This document shows, piece by piece, positions 56,049-64,000 of a stretch of 64,000 nucleotides of DNA. The position numbers were made by a program, and so were the translations under genes. Under the pieces are notes generated by a model. The model worked only from the letters and a program-made list of their open reading frames with translations. It ran no database searches and was not told the origin of the DNA. The DNA comes from an uncultured Gemmatimonadaceae bacterium (GTDB lineage: Bacteria > Gemmatimonadota > Gemmatimonadetes > Gemmatimonadales > Gemmatimonadaceae), in NCBI GenBank assembly GCA_963822945.1, contig CAWGJO010000027.1:32001-96000 (forward strand), read 5' to 3'. Every line of letters starts with the position of its first letter. Position 1 is the first letter of the stretch.

Positions 56049-57535
56049 AATCCCGTGCAATCATAGGAAGCATCACTGCCCTCGCGCTCGCCGGATGCGT
56101 CAGCGCGCCACCCGCGATCGACGGCGTGGCCGCGGCACCGCCGCGGCCGAACAGCTACTGGAAACCGCCCGCGTCGGTCACGGCCCCGCCCGCACCGAAG
56201 CCCGCCCCCGCGGCGCGCACGGCGGCGGACACCGCTGCCGGCCCGCTCTCCGCACAGACGCTGCGACACCTCAGCCTGGCCGACGCCGTGGACATCGCGC
56301 TGCGCAACAACCCCGCCACACGGCTGTCGTGGGCGCAGGCGCGCGCCGCCGCCGACGTCTACGGCGCCAGTCGTGGCTCGCTGTTTCCCACGATCATCGG
56401 CAGCGCCAGCGTCACGCGCTCGCGTTCGATCGCCGTGCCCGGGCGCCTGGCCGGCGAGCGCACCCAGTACGGCCCGTCGGTCAATCTCTCGTACCTCGTA
56501 TTCGATTTCGGCGGGCGGGCGGGCGGCATCGAGGCGGCACGGCAGACTGCCATCGCCGCCGACCTGGCGCACAACGCGGCCGTCCAGAACACCGTACTCC
56601 AGGTGGAAACCTCGGTGTTCTCGTATCTCGGCACCCGGGCGCTGCGCGACGCCCAGCGCGCAACGTTCGACGAAGCGACGGCGAATCTGTCCGCCGCTAC
56701 CGACCGGCACAACGTGGGGCTCGCCACCATCGCCGACGTGCTGCAGGCCCGCACCGCCCGCTCGCAGGCCCAACTCGACCTCGAGACCCTCGACGGCCAG
56801 CTCAACGTGACGCGCGGCGCGCTTGCCGTGGCCATGGGGCTGCCGGCCAACACGAGCGTCGACCTGCCCGACGAGGCCTCGCCCGACACCTCGGCCGTCG
56901 ACGCCGTCACCGCGTCGGTGGATTCGCTCATCGAGACGGCGACCCGCAACCGCCCCGACCTGCTCCAGGCCCGGGCGCAGGCGAAGGTGGCCGAAGCGCA
57001 GCTCGCGCAGGCGCGCGCCGCGTGGCTGCCCTCACTCAACCTCACCGCGACCGGCGGTCACACGCAATCGAATCTCAGCGGATTCGCCGGCAACAGCTAC
57101 ACACTCAACCTCGGTCTTTCCGTCCCGCTGTTCACCGGGTTCAGCCGCCTGTACGACCAGCGCGCCGCCAGCGAACAGGTCACGGCCGCCAACGCGCGCA
57201 CCGAGCTCACCCGGCAGCAGATTGCCCTGCAGGTGTTCACGTCCTTCTATGCCATGCGCACGGCCGGACAGCGCGTGCGCACCTCGGCCGACCTGCTGGC
57301 CAGCGCCGACCAGTCGGAGCAGGTGGCACGCGGCCGCTACACCGAAGGCGTGGGCAGCATCATCGATCTGCTCGTCGCGCAGAGCGCGCTGGCCAGCGCC
57401 CGCGCGCAGGCGGTACAGGCGCGCTGGCAGTGGCGCACCGCGCTCGCCCAACTGGCGCACGACGCCGGCGTTCTCGGCATTCACGGAGAAGCCCTGGCGC
57501 CGCTCACGACTACCTCCTCCGGCATCAACCGATGA
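56045..57535 (+). CDS. TolC/OMF family lipoprotein
   Basis: LALAGC lipobox; LSLADAVDIALRNNP; RYTEGVGSIIDLL. Confidence 0.9.
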   Translation: MKSRAIIGSITALALAGCVSAPPAIDGVAAAPPRPNSYWKPPASVTAPPAPKPAPAARTAADTAAGPLSAQTLRHLSLADAVDIALRNNPATRLSWAQARAAADVYGASRGSLFPTIIGSASVTRSRSIAVPGRLAGERTQYGPSVNLSYLVFDFGGRAGGIEAARQTAIAADLAHNAAVQNTVLQVETSVFSYLGTRALRDAQRATFDEATANLSAATDRHNVGLATIADVLQARTARSQAQLDLETLDGQLNVTRGALAVAMGLPANTSVDLPDEASPDTSAVDAVTASVDSLIETATRNRPDLLQARAQAKVAEAQLAQARAAWLPSLNLTATGGHTQSNLSGFAGNSYTLNLGLSVPLFTGFSRLYDQRAASEQVTAANARTELTRQQIALQVFTSFYAMRTAGQRVRTSADLLASADQSEQVARGRYTEGVGSIIDLLVAQSALASARAQAVQARWQWRTALAQLAHDAGVLGIHGEALAPLTTTSSGINR

Positions 57536-58674
57536 TCCACGCGGCTCCCATGCTCCGCGCGCGTACCGCCGCGCTGCTCGCGCTTCCGCTCCTGTTCGCC
57601 GCCGCCTGCGGCAAGCCCGCCGCCGAGCGCCAACCGACGGTACCGGTCCGCGTGGCGTCGGTGCGCGCCATCGCCGCCCCGTACACGATCACGGCGAACG
57701 GCGTCGTCGAACCGCTGCAGACGGTGACCGTCGAGGCACAGGTGGGCGGCATCCTCGACGCAGTCACCTTCCAGGAGGGCGACGAGGTGAAGGCGGGGCA
57801 GGTGTTGTTCCGCATCGACCCGCGCCCCTTCCAGGCCGTGCTGCGCCAGGCACAGGCAGCCCTGGCCCGCGACGCGGCTCAGGCAGAGAATGCCCGCCGC
57901 GACGCCGACCGGTACCGCGCCCTCGTGGCCAAGGACTACGTCACCAAGTCGCAGGCCGATCAGGCCGAAGCCTCGGCGCGCGCCCTCGGCGCCACGCTGC
58001 AAGCCGACAGCGCCGCCGTCGAGACGGCGCGGCTGAACCTCGCGTACTCCGTGATCCGCGCCCCGATCGACGGCCGCACCGGCAGTCTGCTCGTGCGGCG
58101 CGGCAATCTCGTGAAGGCCAACGCGCAGCCGCTGGTCGTGATCAACCAGATCCATCCCATCCTCGTGCGCTTCCCGGTCACGCAACCCGAGTTCCTGACC
58201 CTCGAGCGCCGGTCGGCGCAGGGCTCGCCGGTGCCGGTGCGCGTGGCCACGGCCGACAGTCTGCCGCTGGACGAGTCGGGAACGCTGACCTTCATCGACA
58301 ACGCCGTGGATTCGCTCACCGGCACCGTCACGGCCAAGGCGCGATTCGCCAATGCGACGCGCGTGCTCTGGCCCGGTGAATTCGTGCGCGTCACCGTGCA
58401 GCTCGGCGTGCAGCAGAACGCGCTGGCGGTACCGTCCGCCGCGGTGGTCTCCGGCCAGGACGGGAACTACGTGTTCGTGATCGATCAGCAGCACAGCGCA
58501 CAGGTCCGTCCCGTGGTGGCGGGACGCGCCGTCGGCGCATTGACCGTGATCGACAGCGGCCTCGTGGCGGGCGAGCAGGTGGTGACCGACGGGCAGTCCC
58601 GGCTGGTGGCGGGCGCCAAGGTGGACGCGCGTCCCGCCACCGTGGAGGCCGACGGGCCGGGAGCCGGATCATGA
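57532..58674 (+). CDS. RND periplasmic adaptor (MdtA-like)
   Basis: FAAAC lipobox; FQEGDEVKAGQVLFRIDPRPF; IRAPIDGRTG; IDNAVDSLTGT; LWPGEFV. Confidence 0.92.
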   Translation: MIHAAPMLRARTAALLALPLLFAAACGKPAAERQPTVPVRVASVRAIAAPYTITANGVVEPLQTVTVEAQVGGILDAVTFQEGDEVKAGQVLFRIDPRPFQAVLRQAQAALARDAAQAENARRDADRYRALVAKDYVTKSQADQAEASARALGATLQADSAAVETARLNLAYSVIRAPIDGRTGSLLVRRGNLVKANAQPLVVINQIHPILVRFPVTQPEFLTLERRSAQGSPVPVRVATADSLPLDESGTLTFIDNAVDSLTGTVTAKARFANATRVLWPGEFVRVTVQLGVQQNALAVPSAAVVSGQDGNYVFVIDQQHSAQVRPVVAGRAVGALTVIDSGLVAGEQVVTDGQSRLVAGAKVDARPATVEADGPGAGS

Positions 58675-61600
58675 ACCTCTCGGCCCTGTTCGTGCGCCGC
58701 CCGGTCATGACGGTGCTCGTCATGATCGGCATCGTCGTGTTCGGGATCAGCGCCTACCGGCGCCTGCCGGTAAGCGACCTGCCGACGGTGGACTACCCGA
58801 CGATCTCGGTGAGCGCCAGCCTGCCCGGCGCCAGTCCCGAGACGATGGCCGCAGCGGTGGCCACGCCGCTGGAGAAGCAGTTCTCCACGATCGCCGGCAT
58901 CGACAACATGACGTCCACCAGTGCGCTCGGCTCCACGTCGATCACGCTCCAGTTCTCACTGGACCGCGACATCGACGGTGCCGCGCAGGACGTGCAATCG
59001 GCCATCGGCGCCGTGCTCCGCCGGCTGCCCCCGGGCATCATCCCGCCGTCGTACCGCAAGGTGAACCCCGCCGACCAGGCGATCATCTACTTCGCGCTCA
59101 CGTCCAAACTGCTGCCCCTGTCCAAACTCGACGACTACGCCGAGACGGTCATGGCGCAGCGCATCTCGATGGTGAACGGCGTGGCGCAGGTGCAGGTGTA
59201 CGGCGCGCAGAAGTACGCCGTGCGCGTGCAACTCGATCCCAACGCGCTCGCCTATCGCAAGATCGGCATCGACGAGGTGGCAAGCGCGATCAGCGCACAG
59301 AACGTCAACCTGCCCACCGGCATCCTGTGGGGGCCCAACCGGGCCTACACCGTGCAGGCCAACGGCCAGCTCCAGAACGCGGCGTCGTTCGCGCGCCTGG
59401 TGGTCACCTACCGCAACGGCGCGCCCGTGCGGCTGGGCGACCTGGGCCACGTGCTCGACGACGTGCAGGACAACAAGACCGCGAGCTGGTACTCCGGCAC
59501 GCGATCGGTGGTGCTCGCCATCCAGCGCCAGCCCGGCACCAACACCGTGGCCGTGGCGACGGCGGTGAAGGACCTGATGGAGCAGATGCGCCGGACCATC
59601 CCCGGCACGGTGGAGATCCACACCCTCTACGACCGGTCGCTGTCCATTCAGCAGTCGGTGCACGAAGTGAAGGTCACGCTGATGATCACGCTCGGGCTCG
59701 TGATCCTGGTGATCTTCCTCTTCCTCCGCAATCTGTCGGCCACCGTCATTCCGAGCCTGGCGCTGCCGATCTCGGTGATCGGCACGTTCGCCGTCATGTA
59801 CCTGTTGGGGTACAGTCTCGACAACCTGTCGTTGATGGCCCTCACGCTCGCGGTGGGGTTCGTGGTCGACGACGCCATCGTGATGCTCGAGAACATCGTG
59901 CGCCACATGGAGATGGGAAAGCCGCCGATGACGGCCGCCTTCGACGGGGCCCGCGAGGTGGGATTCACGATCCTGTCGATGACGCTCTCGCTCACCGCGG
60001 TGTTCATCCCGATCCTCTTCCTGGGGGGCATCGTCGGCCGTCTGTTCCACGAATTCGCCGTCACGATCGCGGTGGCGATCCTGGTATCGGGATTCGTCTC
60101 GCTCACGCTCACGCCCATGCTGTCGAGCCGGTTCCTGCGCCCGCACGGCGAGGAGCGCCACGGCCGGTTGTTCAACGCCACCGAGCGCGTCTGGCTCCGG
60201 GTGATCGGCGCCTACGAGGGTTCGCTGCACGTGGTGATGCGCCACCGCCGCGCGATGGTGGTGCTGTCGGTGCTCGTGCTGTTCGGCACGGCCGCCCTGT
60301 TCGTGCTCGTGCCCAAGGGCTTCCTCCCCGATGAGGACACGGGCCAGGTCCGCGTCACCACCGAAGCGGCGCAGGGCGTGTCGTTCGCCGACATGGTGAA
60401 GCACCAGCAGGAACTGGCGGCCATCGTCCAACGCGATACGAACGTGGCCGGCTTCATGTCGGCCGTCGGCGGCGGGGGCTTCTCGTCGTCGTCCAACCAG
60501 GGGCGGATGTTCATCAGCCTCAAGCCGCTCGGCCACCGGCTGAGCGCCGACGATTTCATCGCGGAGATGCGCCGCAAGCTGTCGCAGGTGCCAGGCATGA
60601 AGGTGTACATGTCCAATCCCCCCGCCATCCAGATCGGCGGACGCGTGGCGAAGGGACAGTACCAGTTCACCCTCACGAGTGCGGACATCCAGTCCCTCTA
60701 TCCCGCCGCCCAGCAACTTCTCGATTCGGTGAACACGCTGCCGCAGGTGCAGGACGTATCGAGCGACCTGCAGCTGGGTAACCCGCAGGCGAGCATCGAG
60801 ATCGACCGCGAGCGGGCGGCGTCGCTGGGCGTCACCGCCTCGCAGGTGGAGACGGCGTTGTACGACGCCTACGGATCACGGCAGGTGTCCACCATCTACA
60901 CGCCGAACAACGAATACTGGGTGGTGATGGAGCTCGAGCCGCAGTACCAGACCGACCTGTCGGCGCTGTCGCTGCTCTACGTGCGCTCCAATACCGGCAC
61001 GTTGGTGCCGCTGAGTGCGGTGTCCACGGTCTCCAAGACCACCGGCCCCCTCACCGTGAATCACGCCGGACAGCTGCCGGCCGTGACGGTGTCGTTCAAC
61101 CTGGCGCCGGGCTTTGCCCTCGGCGACGCGACGACGGCCGTGCAGCGCATCGCCAACGCCGTGGTGCCGTCCACCATCAGTACGGCGTTCGCCGGCACCG
61201 CGCAGGCGTTCCAGGCGGCGCAGAGCGGACTGCTGGCCTTGCTGGCCTTGGCGATCTTCGTGATCTACGTGGTGCTCGGCATACTATATGAAAGCTTCAT
61301 CCACCCGCTGACCATTCTCTCCGGGCTGCCCTTCGCCGCGTTCGGGGCGCTGCTCACCCTGCTCGTGTTCCGGGTGGATCTCAGCGTGTACGCGTTCGTG
61401 GGCATCATTCTGCTGGTGGGGCTCGTGAAGAAGAACGCGATCATGATGATCGACTTCGCCATCGACGCTGAGCGCACGCAGCACCTGCCGGCCGAGGACG
61501 CGATCATCCAGGCCTGCGTGATCCGCTTCCGTCCGATCATGATGACCACGATGGCGGCGTTGTTCGGGACGCTGCCCATCGCCCTGTCGGTGGGCTCCGG

Positions 61601-61781
61601 CGCCGAAGCGCGCCGGCCGCTGGGCATCGCGGTCGTGGGCGGCCTGTTCTTCTCGCAGTTCATCACGCTCTACATCACGCCGGTGGCCTACACCTACCTC
61701 GACGCCGTGAGCCGGCGGGCCGGCGCGCGCTTCGCCCGCCGCCGCGCGGCGCGCGGCCTGGCCCCCGTGCCGGCGGACTGA
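58671..61781 (+). CDS. RND permease (MdtB/MdtC-like)
   Basis: LPVSDLPTVDYPTI; GFVVDDAIVMLENI; GLVKKNAIMMIDFA; RFRPIMMTT. Confidence 0.95.
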   Translation: MNLSALFVRRPVMTVLVMIGIVVFGISAYRRLPVSDLPTVDYPTISVSASLPGASPETMAAAVATPLEKQFSTIAGIDNMTSTSALGSTSITLQFSLDRDIDGAAQDVQSAIGAVLRRLPPGIIPPSYRKVNPADQAIIYFALTSKLLPLSKLDDYAETVMAQRISMVNGVAQVQVYGAQKYAVRVQLDPNALAYRKIGIDEVASAISAQNVNLPTGILWGPNRAYTVQANGQLQNAASFARLVVTYRNGAPVRLGDLGHVLDDVQDNKTASWYSGTRSVVLAIQRQPGTNTVAVATAVKDLMEQMRRTIPGTVEIHTLYDRSLSIQQSVHEVKVTLMITLGLVILVIFLFLRNLSATVIPSLALPISVIGTFAVMYLLGYSLDNLSLMALTLAVGFVVDDAIVMLENIVRHMEMGKPPMTAAFDGAREVGFTILSMTLSLTAVFIPILFLGGIVGRLFHEFAVTIAVAILVSGFVSLTLTPMLSSRFLRPHGEERHGRLFNATERVWLRVIGAYEGSLHVVMRHRRAMVVLSVLVLFGTAALFVLVPKGFLPDEDTGQVRVTTEAAQGVSFADMVKHQQELAAIVQRDTNVAGFMSAVGGGGFSSSSNQGRMFISLKPLGHRLSADDFIAEMRRKLSQVPGMKVYMSNPPAIQIGGRVAKGQYQFTLTSADIQSLYPAAQQLLDSVNTLPQVQDVSSDLQLGNPQASIEIDRERAASLGVTASQVETALYDAYGSRQVSTIYTPNNEYWVVMELEPQYQTDLSALSLLYVRSNTGTLVPLSAVSTVSKTTGPLTVNHAGQLPAVTVSFNLAPGFALGDATTAVQRIANAVVPSTISTAFAGTAQAFQAAQSGLLALLALAIFVIYVVLGILYESFIHPLTILSGLPFAAFGALLTLLVFRVDLSVYAFVGIILLVGLVKKNAIMMIDFAIDAERTQHLPAEDAIIQACVIRFRPIMMTTMAALFGTLPIALSVGSGAEARRPLGIAVVGGLFFSQFITLYITPVAYTYLDAVSRRAGARFARRRAARGLAPVPAD

Positions 61782-61791
61782 GCGCGAGCCA

Positions 61792-61982
61792 GGCATCAGG
61801 AACGCAGGTTGTTGAAGAGATGATTCAGGATGACCCGGATGAGACGGATGAGCTCTGACGGGACTTGAGGGTGAGATCAGGCCCGGCCGCCGGCGCGACC
61901 TCGACGCGAAGGCCCATCAAGGGATTCGGCCGTTTCCGTCTCGTCCTGAATCATCGTGTTCACATGCTCCGATCCTGATGCC
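61792..61982. repeat. Long imperfect inverted repeat with 9-nt periodic units (REP/MITE-like)
   Basis: GGCATCAGGA/TCCTGATGCC; GATGATTCAGGA/TCCTGAATCATC; GATGAGACGGA/TCCGTCTCGTC. Confidence 0.7.
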
Positions 61983-62068
61983 CGATCGGTGCACCGAGGC
62001 CCTCCATTCCTGAAGCCCCCAACGGCTCGCTGCCGGCCCAGCCGGCCCCCCACCCCTTGTGTATCGCC

Positions 62069-62088
62069 ATATGACCAACTAGTTATAT
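62069..62088. promoter_or_regulatory. AT-rich imperfect palindrome ATATGACCAACTAGTTATAT (ArsR/SmtB-like operator candidate)
   Basis: 7 of 10 positions pair; conspicuously AT-rich; upstream of thioredoxin. Confidence 0.5.
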
Positions 62089-62153
62089 ATCGTCTCTGCG
62101 GTGGCCGGCCGGACGGCTTGCCGCCGCACTCCGCACCGATGAATGAGGCTGCC

Positions 62154-62621
62154 ATGACCCAGACCACGAATTCCCCAGCTACCCACGACCAGCAGGCGCT
62201 CGGCGTCGTGCGCTGCCCCTTCTGCGGCGCGCTCACCAGCGCCGACCTTAACGCCGGTAACCCGAACTGCTCGGGATGCGGCAAACCCGTGCTCGCCGAC
62301 CGGCCGATGCCCGTCACCGACGCCGACTTCCACCGGATCGTCGCCGACAGCAAGCTGCCGGTGCTCGTCGATTTCTACGCCGACTGGTGCGGCCCCTGCC
62401 GCATGATGGCGCCGGTGCTCGACGACATGGCTCGCGAGTTCAAGGGCCGCCTCCAGATTCTCAAGCTCGATACCGACCGGTACCCCGAAGTGTCCGCCGG
62501 CCTCGGCATTCGCGGCATCCCGACGATGATCGCGTTCAAGAACGGCAAGGAAGCCGCCCGCGTCGTGGGCGCCGCCCCGAAGCCGATGCTGCTCGATCAG
62601 CTCAAGTCGGTGCTGGGATAG
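62154..62621 (+). CDS. trxC: Thioredoxin 2 with N-terminal Zn finger
   Basis: CPFC..CSGC; VDFYADWCGPC; IRGIPT. Confidence 0.92.
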   Translation: MTQTTNSPATHDQQALGVVRCPFCGALTSADLNAGNPNCSGCGKPVLADRPMPVTDADFHRIVADSKLPVLVDFYADWCGPCRMMAPVLDDMAREFKGRLQILKLDTDRYPEVSAGLGIRGIPTMIAFKNGKEAARVVGAAPKPMLLDQLKSVLG

Positions 62622-62630
62622 CGCAAGACG

Positions 62631-62690
62631 GTCGGCAATCGGCAGTGCGCCGTCCGCCGCGCGCTGCCGGCTCCCGACTGCCGACTCCCG
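62631..62690. repeat. Inverted heptamer repeat cluster
   Basis: GTCGGCA ATCGGCA GT ... CTGCCGG CTCCCGA CTGCCGA CTCCCG. Confidence 0.6.
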
Positions 62691-62734
62691 GATCCAATAA
62701 TTCACTGTCCGTTCATATTCTCATTCCGCAATTC

Positions 62735-64000
62735 ATGAAATTCGGTACCCTCGCGCTCGCGACCCTGACGATGTTCGCCACCGCCGCCGCGCCGGCGCGC
62801 GCCCAGGCCCCGATCGATCTCCAGCACGCCCTCGCGCGCGCCGACTCGCTCGCCTACGCCAACCGCATGGCCCGCGGGTCCGCCGACGCCCGACACGCGC
62901 AGGCGATCGCGCCCCTGAAGGGCATTCTGCCGTCGCTCAGCGTCGACGGCGGCTATACGCAGACCACCGATCCTATCGGCGCCTTCGGCACCACGCTCCG
63001 GCAACGCAGCGCCACGCAGGCGTCGTTCGACCCGCACGCGCTCAACTTTCCAACACCGGCCCGCGACTACGCCGGCGGCGTGGAACTGCAGCAGCCGTTG
63101 TTCAACGCCGACGCCTGGGTCGGTCGCCGCGCCGCGACGCTCGCCGCGCAGTCTGCCGACGCCAGCGCGCAGTGGACCCGCTACACCGTTCGGGCCGACG
63201 TCGTCCGGGCCTACTACGGCGCCGCCGTGGCCGACGCCCAGGTCGTCGCCCTCGACTCCGCCGCGGCCGCCGCCCACGCGCACGTGCGCGCCGCCGAGTC
63301 GATGGAACGCAACGGGATGGTCACGCGATCCGACATGCTGCTCGCCTCGGTGCGCGCCAACGAGCTCGATGCCCAACTCGCCGCCGCCACCGGCAACGCA
63401 CGCATGGCCCGGCGCCAACTGGCCACGCTCATCGCCATGCCCGGCCAGACCGTGGACATCGAAGCGCGGATTCCGAGCGCCGCCGAATTGAGGGCCGAAG
63501 CGACGCCCGATACCGCCGTTGCCGGTCCCGCCGCACGCGCCGACCTCCGGGCCGCCACGCTCGGCGCCCGCGCAGCCGGCGTCGACGTGAATCGCGCGCG
63601 CGCCGCGTATCTGCCGCGGCTCAACGCCTTCGGACGGTACGATTGGCACTCGCTCTCCCGCCCGTACGGCGGACTGCCGAGTTGGACGGCCGGCGTCATG
63701 CTCTCGTGGTCGCCCTTTGCCGGCGGCTCCCAGCTCTCCGACACCCGCCGCGCGCAGGCCCAGCGCGCCTCGGCCGACGCCGCGGCCGACGGCGCCAGCG
63801 CCCAGGCCCAGCTCGACGAGGCGCAGACACGCACCAACCTCGTCGTCGCGCTGCAGCAGATGACCCTGGCCGAGCTGTCGGCGGCGCAGGCCGTCGAAGC
63901 GCATCGCATCGTCACCCGCAAGTACGAAGGCGGCCTTGCCACGATCGTCGAATTGCTCGACGCGGCGGCCGCCGAGGCTCGCACCGCCGTGGAACTCTCC
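62735..64000 (+). CDS. TolC family protein, runs off the window end (absent from the ORF track)
   Basis: MKFGTLALATLTMFATAAAPARA signal; GVELQQPLFNADAW; RAAYLPRLNAFG; RKYEGGLATIVELLDA. Confidence 0.88.
   Translation, partial: MKFGTLALATLTMFATAAAPARAQAPIDLQHALARADSLAYANRMARGSADARHAQAIAPLKGILPSLSVDGGYTQTTDPIGAFGTTLRQRSATQASFDPHALNFPTPARDYAGGVELQQPLFNADAWVGRRAATLAAQSADASAQWTRYTVRADVVRAYYGAAVADAQVVALDSAAAAAHAHVRAAESMERNGMVTRSDMLLASVRANELDAQLAAATGNARMARRQLATLIAMPGQTVDIEARIPSAAELRAEATPDTAVAGPAARADLRAATLGARAAGVDVNRARAAYLPRLNAFGRYDWHSLSRPYGGLPSWTAGVMLSWSPFAGGSQLSDTRRAQAQRASADAAADGASAQAQLDEAQTRTNLVVALQQMTLAELSAAQAVEAHRIVTRKYEGGLATIVELLDAAAAEARTAVELS

Noticed and set aside
1..64000. Prophage, integrase, transposase, defence systems, tRNA/rRNA
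   Set aside because: No recognisable motifs seen by eye; tRNAscan, Infernal and DefenseFinder were not run.

Overview
High-GC bacterial DNA, most consistent with Gemmatimonadota (inferred from gene content and style: duplicated orphan 'ADOP' permeases, Tat-exported amidase and GH127, M1/M16 peptidases, RGG tails). About 50 genes. I found no rRNA, tRNA, CRISPR array or transposase. About ten genes carry single-base frameshifts, a pattern typical of an unpolished long-read assembly. The standout is a tightly coupled five-gene minus-strand operon at 38251-45943. It encodes a NOX/ferric-reductase-like di-heme-b membrane protein and a membrane-anchored, circularly permuted TrxR/FNR-type flavoprotein fused to a Zn ribbon and a 2x[Fe-S] ferredoxin with a Cys-to-His ligand swap. 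It also encodes a 23-heme cytochrome c, a 22-heme cytochrome c containing four 219-bp tandem triheme repeats, and an outer-membrane beta-barrel. Together these look like a complete, possibly quinone-independent NAD(P)H-to-cell-surface electron conduit. Other items: two RND efflux operons (one TetR-led, one ECF-sigma-led), a TetR-mddA unit, a textbook sigma54/IHF/UAS promoter, leaderless TetR promoters, a candidate structured RNA, and REP/MITE-like palindromic elements.
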